This document shows, in pieces, positions 47,195 to 60,720 of a stretch of 64,000 nt of DNA (positions are counted from its first letter, which is position 1; each line of letters opens with the position of its first letter). The notes below the pieces were generated by a model. It made no database searches. It was not told where the DNA came from and saw only the letters and a list, made by a program, of their open reading frames with translations. Source of the stretch: the human T2T-CHM13v2.0 reference genome, Homo sapiens; NCBI RefSeq assembly GCF_009914755.1, contig NC_060936.1; one strand, given 5' to 3'. A program made the position numbers and the translations under genes.

Positions 47195-50100
47195 AAGAGA
47201 GTTTTTAGCATGAAGGGCTGTTGAATTTGTTGAAGGTCTTTTCTGCATCTATTAAGATAATCATGTGGTTTTTGTCATTGATTCTGTTTATATGATGGAT
47301 TACGTTTATTGATTTGCATATGTTGAACCAGTCTTGCATCCCAGGGATGAAGCCAACTTGATCATGGTGGATAAGCTTTTTGATGTGCTGCTGGATTCGG
47401 TTTGCCAATATTTTAGGATTTTTGCATTGATGTTCATCAGGGATATTGGTCTAAAATTCTCTTTTTTGTTGTGTCTCTGCCAGGCTTTGGTATCAGGATG
47501 ATGTTGGCTTCATAAAATGAATTAGGGAGGATTCCCTCTTTTTCTATTGATTGGAATAGCTTCAGAAGGAATGGTACCAGCTCCTCTTTGTACCTCTGGT
47601 AGAATTTGGCTGTGAATCTGTCTGGTCCTGGACTTTTTTTGGTTGGTAGGCTATGATTTATTGCTTCAATTTCAGAACCTGTTATTGGTCTATTCAGGGA
47701 TTCAACATCATCCTGGTTTAGTCTTGGGAGGGTGTATGTGTCCAGGAATTTATCCATTTCTTCTAGATTTTCTAGTTTATTTGTGTAGAGGTGTTTATAG
47801 TATTCTCTGATGGTAGTTTGTGTTTCTGTGGGATTGGTGGTGATATCCCCTTTATCAATTTTTATTGCATCTGTTTGATTCTTCTCTCTTTTCTTCATTA
47901 TTAGTCTTGCTAGCAGTCTATCTATTTTGTTGATCCTTTCAAAAAACCAGCTCCTGGATACATTGATGTTTTGAAGGGTTTTCTGTGTCTCTATCTCCTT
48001 CAATTGTGCTCTGATCTTAGTTATTTCTTGCCTTCTGCTAGCATTTGAATGTGTTTGCTCTTGCTTTTCTAGTTCTTTTTATTGTGATGTTAGGGTGTCG
48101 ATTTTAGATCTTTTCCTGGTTTCTCTTGTGGGCATTTAGTGCTATAAATTTCCCTCTACACACTACTTTAAATGTGTCCCAGAGATTCTGGTATGTTGTG
48201 TCTTTGTTCTCATTGGTTTCCAAGAACATCTTTATTTCTGCCTTCATTTCGTTATGTACCCAGTAGTCATTCAGGAGCAGGTTGTTCGGTTTCCATGTAG
48301 TTGAGCAGTTTTGGGTGAGTTTCTTAATCCTGAGTTCTAATCTGATTGCACTGTGGTCTGAGAGAGAGTTTGTTATAATTTCTGTTCTTTTACATTTGCT
48401 GAGGACTGCTTTACTTCCAACTATGTGGTCAGTTTTGGAATAAGTGTGGTGTGGTGCTGAGGAGAATGTATATTCTGTTAATTTGGGGCGGAGAGTTCTG
48501 TAGATGTCTATTAGGTCCTCTTGGTGCAGAGCTGAGTTCAATTCCTGGATATCCTTGTTAACTTTCTATCTCGTTGATCTGTCTAATGTTGACAGTGGGC
48601 TATTAAAGTCTCCCATTATTATTGTGTGGGAGTCTAAGTCTCTTTGTAGGTCTCTAAGGACTTGCTTTATGAATCTGGGAGCTCCTGTATTGGGTGCATA
48701 TATATTTAGGATAGTTAGCTCTTCTTGTTGAATTGATCCCTTTACCATTATGTAATGACCTCCTTTGTCTCTTTTGATCTCTGTTGGTTTAAAGTCTGTC
48801 TTATCAGAGACTAGGATTGCAATCCTTGCTTTTTCTTTTGTTTTCCATTTGCTTGGTAGATCTTCCTCCATCCCTTTATTTTGAGCCTATGTGTGTCATT
48901 GCACATGAGATGGGTCTCCTGAATACAGCACACTGATGGGTCTTGACTCTTTATCCAATTTGCCATCTGTGTCTTTTAATTGGAGCATTTAGCCCATTTA
49001 CGTTTACGGTTAATATTGTTATGTGTGAATTTGATCCTGTCATGATGTTAGCTGGTTATTTTGCTCATTAGTTGATCCAGTTTCTTCCTAGCATTGATGG
49101 TCTTTACAATTTGGCATGCTTTTGCAGTGGCTGGTACAGGTTTTTCCTTTCCATGTTTAGTGCTTCCTTCAGGAGCACTTGTGAGGCTGGCCTGGTGGTG
49201 ACGAAATCTCTCAGCATTTGTTTCTCTGTAAAGTATTTTATTTCTCCTTCACTTATGAAGCTTAGTTTGGCTGGATATGAAATTCTGGGTTGAAAATTCT
49301 TTTCTTTAAGAATGTTGAATATTGGCCTCCACTCTCTTCTAGCTTGTAGAGTTTCTGCTGAGAGATCCGCTGTTAGTCTGATGGGCTTCCGTTGGTTGGT
49401 AACCTGACCTTTCTCTCTGGCTGCCCTTAACATTTTTTCCTTCATTTCAACTTTGGTGAATCTGACAATTATGTGTCTTGGAGTTGCTCTTCTTGAGGAG
49501 CATCTTTGTGGCATTATCTGTATTTCCTGAATTTGAATGTTGGCCTGCCTCGCTAGGTTGGGGAAGTTCTCCTGGATAATATCCTGAAGTGTGTTTTCCA
49601 ACTTGGTTCCATTCTCCCTGTCACTTTCAGGTACACCAATCAGATGTAGATTTGGTCTTTTCAAATAGCCCCATATTTCTTGGAGGCTTTGTTCGTTTCT
49701 TTTCATTCTTTTTTCTCTAAACTTCTCTTCTCGCTTCATTTCATTCATTTGATCTTCAATACCCTTTCTTCCACTTGATCAAATTGGCTACTGAAGCTTG
49801 TACATGCATCACATAGTTCTTGTGCCATGGTTTTCAGCTCCATCAGGTCATTTGAGGACTTCTCTACACTGTTTATTCTAGTTAGCCATTCATCTAGTCT
49901 TTTTTCAAGGTTTTAACTTCTTTGCGATGTGTTTGAACATCCTCCTTTAGCTCGGAGAAGTTTGTTATGACCGATCATCTGAAGCTGTCTTCTCTCAACT
50001 CGTCAAAGGCATTCTCTGTCCAACTTGTTCCACTGCTGGTGAGGAGCTGCGTTCCTTTGAAGGAGAAGGGGTACTCTGATTTTTAGAATTTTCAGCTTTT

Positions 50101-51121
50101 CGGCTCTGCTTTTCCCCATCTTTGTGGTTTTATCTACCTTTGGTCTTTGATGATGGTGACTTACAGATGAGGTTTTGATGTGAATGTCCTTTCTGTTTGT
50201 TAGTTTTCCTTCTAACAGTCAGGACCCTCAGCTGAAGGTCTGTTGGAGTTTGCTGGATGTCCACTCCCAACCCTGTTTGCCTGGGTATCACCAGCAGAGG
50301 CTGCAGAAAAGCAAATATTGCAGAATGGCAGATGTTGCTGCCTGATCCTTCCTCTGGAAGCTTCATCTCAGAGGGGCACCCAGCTGTATGAGGTGTCAGT
50401 TGGCCCCTACTGGGAGATGTCTCCTAGTTAGGCTACTTGGGGTTTAGGGACCCACTTGAGGAGGCAGTCTGTCCATTCTCAGATCTCAAACTCCATGCTG
50501 GGAGAACCACTACTCTCTTCCAAGCTGTCAGACAGGGATGTTTAAGTCTGCAGAAGTTTCTGCTGCCTTTTGTTCAGCTATGCCCTGCCCCCAGAGGTGG
50601 AGTCTACAGAGGCAGAAGGCCCCCTTGAGCTGCGGTGGGCTCCACCCAGTTTGAGCTTCCTGGCTGCTTTGTTTACCTACTCAAGCCTCAGCAATGGGGG
50701 TCGCCCCTCCCCCAGCCTTGCTGCCACTTTGCAGTTCAATCTCAGACTGCTCTGCTAGCAGTGAGTGAGGCTCCGTGGGCATGGGACCCTCCGAGCCATG
50801 CACGGGATATAATCTCCTGGTGTGCCATTTGCTAAGGCCATTGGAAAAGTGCAGTATTAGAGTGGGAGTGTCCCGATTTTCCAGGTACTGTCTGTCACGG
50901 CTTCCCTTTGCTGGGAAAGGAAATTCCCCTACCCCTCATGCTTCCCAGGTGAGGCAATGTCCCGACCTGCTCCATGGGCTGCACTCACTGTCTGACAAGC
51001 CCCAGTGAGATGAACCTGGTACCTCAGTTGGAAATGCAGAAATCACCCATTTTCTGCATTGCTCACGCTGGGAGCTGCAGACTGGAGCTCTTTGTATTCG
51101 GCCCTCTTGGAACCTACCCCC
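47195..51121 (-). mobile_element. L1PA5-7-like LINE-1 with 5'UTR, ORF1, endonuclease and partial RT; 3' ~2.2 kb missing
   Basis: 5' end gggggtaggttccaag at 51121; ORF1 piece 49104-49748; fragmented ORF2 47205-49045; ends abruptly in RT with no 3'UTR, poly-A or second TSD. Confidence 0.92.
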
Positions 51122-51349
51122 ACAAAGGCATATCTTATATGGTGACAGGCAAGAGAGCATGTGCAGGGAACTGCCCTTTTATAAAACTATCAGATCTCGT
51201 GAGACTTGTCCATTATCATGAGAACAGCAGGGGAAAAACCTGCCCCCATGATTCAATTCCTCCCACCAGGTCCCTCCCACAACACGTGGGGATTATGGGA
51301 GCTACAATTCAAGATGAAATTTGGGTGGGGACACAGTCAAACCATATCA
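51122..51349 (-). mobile_element. THE1 (MaLR) LTR, 5' part only
   Basis: Minus strand begins tgatatggtttgactgtgtccccacccaaat; broken at the L1 5' junction. Confidence 0.88.
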
Positions 51350-51819
51350 AATGATCTAGTTTCTCAGGCATCAGTTCATATGTCCTCTCTCCCAGGAGGC
51401 TTTCTATGACCGTCCTAATAGGAAGCAATTTTTGCTCATTTATGGAGAGCTCCAGTGTCAGCTTTTCCTTCTTTTTAAAATAATCCGTATTCTTGCTCTA
51501 TTGGAAAAGGGGGGATTTTGTTATAATATACTCGTTCCAGTAATGGCCAGTCCTCTGAGTCATGGGATTGGCACTATCACTCTCTGCTTTCTATGGGCTA
51601 CTCCTCCCTATGATACCATGGGGTTGGGGCTAGGGTGAGGCAACTAGGGAGAAAAGTGCAAAGAGGCTTTTGTTCTGAGGGCTGTGTAAGTGCATTGTTG
51701 GTGTGTACTAGTCCCAGCCTTGGCTGCATGCCATAGCCTGGAATTTATTAACTTTAGTCTCCATGATCGGGTGAATGAAGGTGAAATTTGGTCTACACCA
51801 CCTTGGTGGTAGCATACCA

Positions 51820-52020
51820 CAGTGATTAAGAGCATAAACGCTGTAGCTGGACATGTCACCTAATCTTTTTGTATGCCTGTTTCCTCGTTTGTAAAATGAG
51901 GATGCTGCTGCTGAAAATATAGCCTACCTTGTAGAGTTGTTCTGAGCTACTACAGGTAAAGGACACAAAGCAGCCCTGGCACATAGTACATACTCAAAAA
52001 AGTATGGTTTTTCTTCTTAC
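51820..52020 (+). mobile_element. MIR fragment
   Basis: gcctgtttcctcgtttgtaaaatgaggat core and cctggcacatagta. Confidence 0.7.
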
Positions 52021-52529
52021 TGTTACTTCTAGTTCCAGTCTCTCATACCTCCACAGCACCACCACCTTACGTTGTAGAAATGCGTTAAAGTTTATGAGAA
52101 GGTTGGAGAAAGTTAAGTGGAATTTTAAAAGGCAGAGGATTTAGAAATGTTAACTAAAACTCGATTTCCCCAAGACCCCATGGAAAAGTCCTCCAGAAGT
52201 TAAAGCCTACCAGGAAATGATTCACTTCCTAACCTTCCTTTTTCTCCTAGGGGTTTCATTCTCTCTTGAAATACCTTTGTTTTAAGTTCTCTATTTTTTG
52301 GATCTCCTTCCAACATCTATTTTGCAGACAACCTCATTCTGTCTGAGTAAAAGTCTTGACCCTGAATTCATCCCATTTCCCTAACTGGGACCATCAGCAG
52401 GACAGTCCAGGATGGACACTGTCAGCCAATGAGCAGTCTTCTACAAAGTCTTACCAAATATGCCTCTCTAAGGGGTATTTGTTGGTTGTTCCTTGTACAC
52501 ACCCACACCCTATCTCTCACCTCCTCTCC

Positions 52530-52829
52530 TTTTCTCCCACAAACACTACCTGATTTCCTGTTTGGGGAGTCACTCTCTCCCTATGCTGGGCCATGAGATT
52601 GGGGTACGATTCTCCTCTCCCTAGTTCCAGGGGTGAACTTAAGCCAATAAATATATTCTGTACCCCTGGTTCTGATGATTGGTTCAGGGTATAGCCCAAC
52701 ATAGCCAATAACAAACAACGAAACAAGAAGAGACATTTGCTGGGGCTTCTGGCAATGCCAGGCTGAAGTAGCTTTTTGTCTCCATCTTTCTCCTTCAATG
52801 GACCTGTATAAGGAAGAATATAGTCTTGG

Positions 52830-52871
<42 letters not shown>

Positions 52872-53010
52872 GAGAGAGAGAGAGTGAGCAGAAGAGGAAA
52901 TCTTGGATTCTAGCTGTGCCTGAACTTTCTTCCATTGTTCAGTTATATGAGACAATATATTTTATCTTTTAAGCCAGCCTGAATTGAGTTTCTGTTGCTA
53001 TGACACAGTT
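52530..53010 (+). mobile_element. Old MLT1 (J/K/L-like) LTR containing (CA)n(GA)n at 52831-52885
   Basis: MLT1 3' motif ttaagccagcctgaattgagtttctgttgc; microsatellite read directly. Confidence 0.6.
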
Positions 53011-54074
53011 ACCAAATTGAGAGTGTCTTTGTTTTCTGAGTCCAACAGGGATCTGAAGGGCCAGAATCTCAGTCTCTCTGTCTTTCTCTCCCACCAAATA
53101 CACACACTCCTTAAGAGAAAATATTAATTCTTAGATGCTTTGAAGTCACTACCATTTATAAGAAGGAAGAAAACATTTTTCCAAGTGCAGCATAGTCTAT
53201 AAGGCATTGTTGCCCACAGAAATGTTAGTCTCTCCACACTGTTATTCACAGCTGTTTTAGCACATTATGTTCGTCCTCACCTCAACTCTTAATTTGTGCA
53301 CTTTAGACTTAACTGGATTAAGAAATGGAGCCATTACTGAGCCACTGACTTCTTAATGGCTGCTCCTTAATCTCCATAGAAGCTAAATTAAAGCTCCAAA
53401 ATTATAACAGGTAAAAGCCTGATTAGTTTTCCTATAAAGCCTACTTTTTATTTGGGGAGGCTGAATAGAGAGTGTTTTTTATTTTTTAATACTTCTAGTT
53501 ACACTTATTTCAGAGTTCAAGTTGAAATAGAGGGTTAGTCACATCTCTGAGAAAATTGTGGGTTTTGGTTGATACTATCTCTTTTCATCTATTAACAATG
53601 TCAGTCCCACTTCTACTGTCTTAATACTGTGATAAAGAAAGGATATAGGAATTTTCTCTTGACATAGGATCTGAAATTCTTACCCTTCTACTGTTTTCAT
53701 ATTCTGAATTGCTTACTCTTAAGAATGAGAATGCAGTTCAAGCACAGCTTTAGTTTCCCCAAAGAGCCTTGGGAATGTATTAGAGAACTGAGTTAAAAAT
53801 AATTCCCAAAGTGTCATATTTTGAACCTATTTTACATTTGCTATTTGGAGGGCCTGAGAAAGATGTTCCTATCTCACTTTAATAGAAAGGTCATGCTTCA
53901 AGAAAAGCTTTTGTCTGAATATTGGGGAAAAAGTTATAAAAAAGGAACACATTTACATCAAACAAATTTGCAATGTTGTTACATGTTATCTGTAAGTAGA
54001 GTGGCAATGTAATATATTGTACAAACCAAGACATTTTGAGGATGAAAAGGGGAACTATTAATAAGAACACCCAG

Positions 54075-54397
54075 ACTTCTATACTGGCCTAGAAGGAGCA
54101 GTGGGGACTGAGCTTAGTATCTCATCAGAAACACTAAATAATCAAACAAAATATACGAAAAAAAACCCCCACAGTTTTCAAGACATTGGATATCAGACAA
54201 TGGACAGGGATGGAAAACAAATGAAGTGGGCTATGGTTGTCCCATATTACTGCCTGGAGAGACTTTTTAGTCTCTGTCACAGGGAGGGGGGACCGAGAAG
54301 GAGCCAGGTGGTCTCCCTGAGTTGAGGAGACTTTTCTGGGAGGGTAAGAAAGGAAACTGGAGTGCACAGGGCTGAATGCTAAGGAGGAAAAATGAGA

Positions 54398-54437
<40 letters not shown>

Positions 54438-56150
54438 GGGACCTTCAGAGGGTTCCCCCTGCAATCATCTAACTACTGATCAGTGCACGCAGTTGGTGAA
54501 GAAACTCAAGGTCAAGAAACTACCTCCTGAAAAGATTAAAAAGAATTTCTGGAGCTCACATAAGGCAAGGAATTGTTCTTCTTCCTATCAGCCAGAGTGG
54601 AAAACTTCTTCATTCTTGAGGTATTGGGTAGAGTACTCACAAGAATTTAACATCAGTAGTGGAGTATGGTATTCTTCTAGTCCCACCTAACAAAGCTTAA
54701 AAGCAAGACCTGAAGGACTCAAACTGTTTACAGTACTTTAATTCTATCCCAAAGCAAAGTTTAAGGATTTTTATAGGAATAATATAAAATAGGAATAATA
54801 TAAAATAAATATAAATAATAAAAATATCCAGCACTCAACAAGATAAAATTCACAGTGTTTGGCACCCAATCAAAACTTGCCAGCATAAAAAGAAGAAAAA
54901 TACAACCTAGAATGAGGGAAAAATCGATGTATTGACACTAACTCAGAACTGATATATAACCAGTAGACCAAAGATTAAAACAGCTTTTATTACTGTTTTC
55001 CATATGTTCAAGAAAATGAGAGGAAACATTTAACATACTAAGTTAAAAAATCAAACTTTCAGTCATGAAAACTACAATGTCTAAGGTGAAAAATAGAGTG
55101 GATAGGATTAACATCACTTTACACACTGCAGAAAAAAAGATTAATGACTTGAAAACACCAATATAAACTATATAAAATTAAACACACAGAGATAAAAGAC
55201 CAAAAAAAAAAAATTGAAGAGAGCCTCACTGAGCTGTAGGAAAACTTCAAGTGGCCTAATGTATGTGTCATTGGAGTCTCCAATGGAGGGAGGACAGAAA
55301 AAATATTTAAACAAATAAAAAGACAAAAAATTTCCAAATTCAGTGAAAACTATAACCCACAAATCCAAGAAGCTCAACAAATCTCATGTATAAGAAATAT
55401 CAATAAAACTATACCAAGATACATCATAATCAATTTACTTACAAACAGTGATTTTAAAAAGTCTTAAAAGTAGTCAGAGATAAAAGAAACATTAAAGAAA
55501 GTCCTTTGGGCAGAAGAAGAGTTATATCAGATGGAAATATGGATCAACCAATGAAATGAGGAGTACCCGAATTGGAAACTATATTGCTAAATATAAAATA
55601 CTTTTTACTTATTTAAATCTTATTAAAGATAATTAATTTTTAAAGCAAAATCAACAGCAATGTGTTGTGGGGTTCATAACATATGAAGAACTAAAATGTA
55701 TGGCAACAACAGCACAAAGATTGGTGGGAGGAAATAGAAGTACTCTGTTCTAAGTTTCTTATGCTATATGTGAAGTTGTATGATATTGAAGATAGAATGT
55801 ATTACATTAAAAATATGTAATTCCTAGAACAACCACTAAAATAACCACAAAATTGTACAGCTAACAACTTAATAAATTATGTAAAATGGTATCATTAAGA
55901 AAAACTCAATCCAAAAGAAGGCAGAAAAAAGAAAAGAGGGAACAAAGACAGATGGAACAAGTAAAAAACAAATTGCAAGATAGTAGATTTAATCACAATC
56001 ATAACCTTACTCACAATAAAAGTAAATGGACTAAACACCACAATTGAAGACAGTGATTTTCAGATTGTATTTTTTTAAAAAAAAGCAAGAACCAACTATA
56101 TCCTGCTTCCAAGATAGAGATAAATAGCTTAAAAGTAAAAGGATGAGGTT
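54075..56150 (+). mobile_element. Old L1M 5' region (5'UTR, ORF1 and ORF2-start remnants); (GA)n at 54395-54432
   Basis: Decayed ORF1-like gtcattggagtctccaatgga…caaatccaagaagctcaac and ORF2-start-like gtaaatggactaaacaccacaattgaagacag. Confidence 0.65.
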
Positions 56151-56289
56151 TAAGACTGAGGCTTGAGCCATACCATCTAGGACTTGCAGCAATTTCTGTA
56201 GGGGATCAGGCCACCTGTTCCCACAAAATCATAGAATCATGAAATGTAACCAATTCTTCAAGCTAAAGGAAACTCATTAATGAGAGCTC

Positions 56290-56966
56290 AGGTGCCCCGT
56301 CAGCCTGGAGCAACCCCATTGACTGGATATCTTTCAGTAGAAACTGGACAAGGACAAATGTAAGAATGATCCAAAATTAGAAAAGATTTTAAAAGACTGA
56401 AACTATTTCTATATTGACATAATAATCATGTGCAAAAATAAACTATCACAGTATAAAGAAAATGTTTCTCTAGGCACGGGTGAATTAGAAAAATACTTGT
56501 ACAAAGAAACAGAAGTTTTATCTTGTAGGTTAAGATAATTTATCTAGAGCATCTACACTTGGATGCTAAAATTCAATATATCTTTGATAGAAGTGGATAT
56601 TTTTATGTAAGGGATAAAGAGAATAAATTACTTCAGATTTGTATGAAGAAAGGAGACACAATAATTATTCCTCAAGGGATTTATTACCACCTCATATTGG
56701 ATGAAAAGGACTATGTAAAGACAATGAAGCCATCTGTTGGAGAACCAGTATTACCATGTGTAACTGACCAGCTGACCAATTTGTTGCTCAAGGATAGCTC
56801 ATCAACTTTTTGGCACAAACAACGTAATGGTGCTTTCTAGAAAGGAATGCATTCTTTAGAAAATCCCAAATATGACAGTTAAGCAGAAATGTAATCATTT
56901 TCCCTTTGCTTTATCAGCTTGAAGCTATATTATTTTTCCTTTGTTAGATTGCTTGAGCAGTTTTTT
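56290..56966 (+). pseudogene. ADI1: ADI1 (acireductone dioxygenase / MTCBP-1) retro-pseudogene, 5'-truncated, semi-processed
   Basis: Translation PVSLEQ…KLDKDKCKNDPKLEKI…IDIIIMCKNKLSQYKEN | VKIIYLEHLHLDAKIQYIFDRSGYFYVRDKENKLLQICMKKGDTIIIPQGIYYHLILDEKDYVKTMKPSVGEPV…FLAQTT* aligns with ADI1 ([26 protein letters not shown]…GDMVTLPAGIYHRF). In-frame stops and a frameshift are present; terminal stop at 56825-56827; 3'UTR-like sequence follows. Confidence 0.93.
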
Positions 56967-59900
56967 AAAAAAATTTTTTATTATTTTTAAAAATTTATTA
57001 TACCTAAAGTTCTGGGATACATGTGCAGAATGTGCAGGTTTGTTACATAGGTATGCACGGGCCATGATGGTTTGCTACACCCATCAACCCGTTATCTATG
57101 TTAGGTATTTCCCCTAATGCTATCCCTCTCCTAGCCCCCCACCCCACGACAGGCCCCAATGTGTGATGTTCCCCTACGTGTGACCATGTGTTTTCATTGT
57201 TCAGCCCCCACTTATGAGTGAGAACGCGTGGTATTTGGTTTTCTGTTCCTGTGTTAGTTTGCTGAGAATAATAGTTTCCAACTTCATCCATGTCCCTGCA
57301 AAGGACATGAACTCATCATTTTTCATGGCTGCATAGTATTCCATGGTGTATATGTGCCACATTTTCTTTATCCAGTCTATCGTTGATGGACATTTGGGTT
57401 GGTTCCAAGTCTTTGCTTTTGTGAATAGTGCTTCAATAAACATACATATGCATGCATCTTTATAGTAGAATGATTTATAATCCTTTGGGTATATAACCAG
57501 TAATGGGATTACTGGGCCAAATGGTATTTCTGGTTCTAGATCCTTAAGGAATTGCCACATTGTTTTCCACAATGATTGAACTAATTTACACTCCCACCAA
57601 CAGTGTAAAAGAATTCCTGTTTCTCCACATCCTCTCCAGCACCTGTTGTTTCCTGACTTTTTAATGATCACCATTCTAACAGGTGTGAGATGGCATCTCA
57701 TTGTGGTTTGGATTTGCATTTCTCTAATGACTAGTGATGATGAGCTTTTCTTCATACGTTTGCTGGCAGCACAAATGTCTTCTTTTGAGAGGTGTCTGTT
57801 CATATCCTTTGCCCACTTTTTGATGGAGTTATTTGATTTTTCTAGTAAATTTGTTTAAGTTCCTTGTAGATTCTGGATATTAGCCTGTTGCCTGATACAT
57901 AGATTGCAAAAATTTTCTCCTGTTCTGTAGGTTGCCTGTTCACTCTGTTGATAGTTTCTTTTGCTGTGCAGAAAGCTCTTTAGTTGAATTAGATCCCATA
58001 CGGCAATTTTGACTTTTGTTGCCATTGCTTTTGCTGTGTTAGTCATAAAGTCTTTGCCCATGTCTATGTCCTGAATGGTATCACCTAGATTTTCTTCTAG
58101 GGTTTTTATGGTTTTAGGTCTTATGTTTAAGTCTTTAATCCATCTTGAGTTAGTTTTTGTATAAGGTGTAAAGAAGGGTCCAGTTTCAGTTTTCTGCATA
58201 TGGCTAGCCAGTTTTCCCAACACCATTTATTAAATAAGGAATCCTTTCCCCATTGCTTGTTTTGTCAGGTTTGTCAAAGACTAGATGTTTGTAGATGTGT
58301 GGCATTATTTCTGAGGCCTCTGTTCTGTTCCATCAGTTTGTATATCTGTTTTGGTACCAGTACCATGCTGTTTTGGTTACTGTAGTCTTTTGGCTAGTTT
58401 GAAGTCAGGTAGCATGATGCCTCCAGCTTTGTTCTTTTTGCTTAGGATTGTCTTGGCTACAGGGGCTCTTTTTTGGTTCCATATGAAATTTAAAGTAGTT
58501 TTTTCTAATTTGTGAAGAAAGTCAGTGGTGGCTTGATGGGACTGGCATTGAATCTATAAAGTCAGTATGGGCAATATGGCCAATTTCACAACATTGATTC
58601 TTCCTATCCATGAGCATGGAATGTTTTTCCATTTGTTTGTGTCCTCTCTTATTTCCTTGAGCAGTGGTTTATAGTTCTCCTTGAAGAGGTCCTTCATATC
58701 CCTTGTAAGTTGTATTCCTAGATATTTTATTCTCTTTGTAGCAACTGTGAATGGGAGTTCACTCATGATTTGGCTCTCTGTTTGTCTATCATTGGTGTAT
58801 AGGAATGCTTGTGATTTTTGCACATTGACATTGTATCCTGAGACTTTGCTTAATTTGCTTATCAGCTTAAGGGGATTTTGGGCTGAGATGATGGGGTTTT
58901 CTAAATATACAATCATGTCATCTGCAAACAGAGACAATTTTACTTCCTCTCTTTCTATTTGAATACCATTTATTTCTTTCTCTTGCCTGATTGCCCTGGC
59001 CAGAACTTCCAATACTATGTTGAACAGGAGTTGTGAGAGAGGGCATCCTTGTCTTGTGATGGTTTTCAAAGGAAATGCTTCTAGCTTTTGCTCATTCAGT
59101 ATGATATTGGCTTTGAGTTTGTCAGAAATAGCTCTTATTGTTTTGAGATATGTTTCATCGATACCTAGTTTATTGAGAGTTTTTAGTATGAATGGGTGTT
59201 GAATTTTATCGAAGGCCTTTTCTGGATCTGTTGAGACAATCATGTGGTTATTATCATTGACTCTGTTTATGTGATGGATTACGTTTATTGATTTGCATAT
59301 GTTGAACCAGCCTTGCATCCCAGAGATGAAGCCAACTTGATCATGGTGGATAAGCTTTTTGATGTGCTGCTGGATTCTGTTTGCCAGTATTTTATTGAGT
59401 ATTTTTGCTTCGATGTTTATCAGTGATATTGACCTGAAATTTTCTCTTTTTGCTATGTCTCTGCCAGGTTTTGGTATCAGGATGATGGTGGCCTCATAAA
59501 ATTCGTTAGGGAGGAGTCTCTCTTTTTCTATTGTTTGGAATAGCTTCAGAAGGAAGCTTCTCTTTTACCTCTCATAGAATTCGGCTGTGAATCCGTCTGG
59601 TCCTGGGCTTTTTTTTTTTTTTTGGTTGGTAGGCTATTAATTACTGCCTCAACTTCAGAACTTGTTATTGGTGTATTCAGGGATGTGATTTCTTCCTGGT
59701 TTAGTCTTGGGAGGGTATGTGTGTCCAGGAATTTACCCATTTCTTCTAGATTTTCTAGTTTATTTGCATAGAGGTGTTTATAGTATTCTCTGATGGTAGT
59801 TTGTATTTCAGTGGGATCAGTGGTGATATCCCCTATATCATTTTTTACTGTGTCTATTTGATTCTCCTCTCTTTTCTTCTTCATTAGTCTGGCTAGAGGT

Positions 59901-60040
59901 CTATTTTCATTAATCTTTTCAAAAATCCAGCTCCTGGATTCATTGATTTTTTGAAGGGTTTTCTGTGTCTCTATTTCCTTCAGTTCTGCTGTGATCTTAG
60001 TTATTTCTTGTCTTCTGCTAGCTTTTGAATTTGTTTGTGT
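56967..60040 (-). mobile_element. 5'-truncated L1PA7-like LINE-1 inserted in the ADI1 pseudogene 3'UTR
   Basis: ORF2 pieces (58554-59318 with FADD; 57201-57803); 3'UTR and T-tail; perfect 14-bp TSD ttgagcagtttttt 56953-56966 / 60041-60054. Confidence 0.94.
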
Positions 60041-60167
60041 TTGAGCAGTTTTTTGGTGGAACAATAAAATTGATTTTGTTATAAACTGTGAAAATATGGA
60101 TAAATCATGTTTGAAACTCATTGAGACTGAGACTCTAACTTAATAAAGACTAGTGTTTTATTTAGTA

Positions 60168-60496
60168 CAATGGTCTCCAACCTTTTTGGCACAAGGGACC
60201 AGCTTTGCAGAAGACAATTTTTCCATGGATGGCATAGGGGGTTTCATGATGAAACTCTTCCACCTCAGATCATCAGGCATTAGATTCTCATAAGGAGCAA
60301 GCAACCTAGATGTCTCGCATGTGCAGTACACAATAGGGTTCATGCTCCCATGAGAATCTAATGCCACTCATCTGCCAAGAGGCAGCGCTCAGGTGGTAAT
60401 TCTTGTTCACCCACTACTTACCTCCTGGTGTGCATCCTGGTTCCTAACAGGCCACAGACTGGTACTGGTCTGCAGTCTAGGGGATGGGAAGCCCTG
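60168..60496. mobile_element. MER1B-like hAT-Charlie MITE
   Basis: Degenerate TIRs caatggtctccaacc…gggaagccctg; 8-bp TSD atttagta / gtttagta. Confidence 0.88.
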
Positions 60497-60720
60497 GTTT
60501 AGTAGAACTGCAGTAATATATGCATTAACTGTGATCTGAGTGATAGCTTAATCTCCCAAATTATAACTACTTAGCATATTTTATCTGAATATTATTCTTA
60601 GCTTATAAGTCAAATGTAAGTCAATTACATCCCTGTACTATACAGTATAATGTAGATAACAAAAGTAACCAGATAAAAGACACTTCCTAGCCCCAATCCC
60701 ACAATTTCCTTGAGTCAAAG

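Noticed and set aside
56559-56840. 93-aa cupin-like ORF as a functional gene
   Set aside because: Part of the ADI1 pseudogene: TTG start, upstream in-frame stops, metal-ligand positions altered (DDE>DAK, YH>YY) and a frameshifted C-terminus.
47195-60040. The two minus-strand L1 pieces as halves of one rearranged element
   Set aside because: They overlap by ~0.9 kb with many differences, and 56967-60040 has its own perfect 14-bp TSD.
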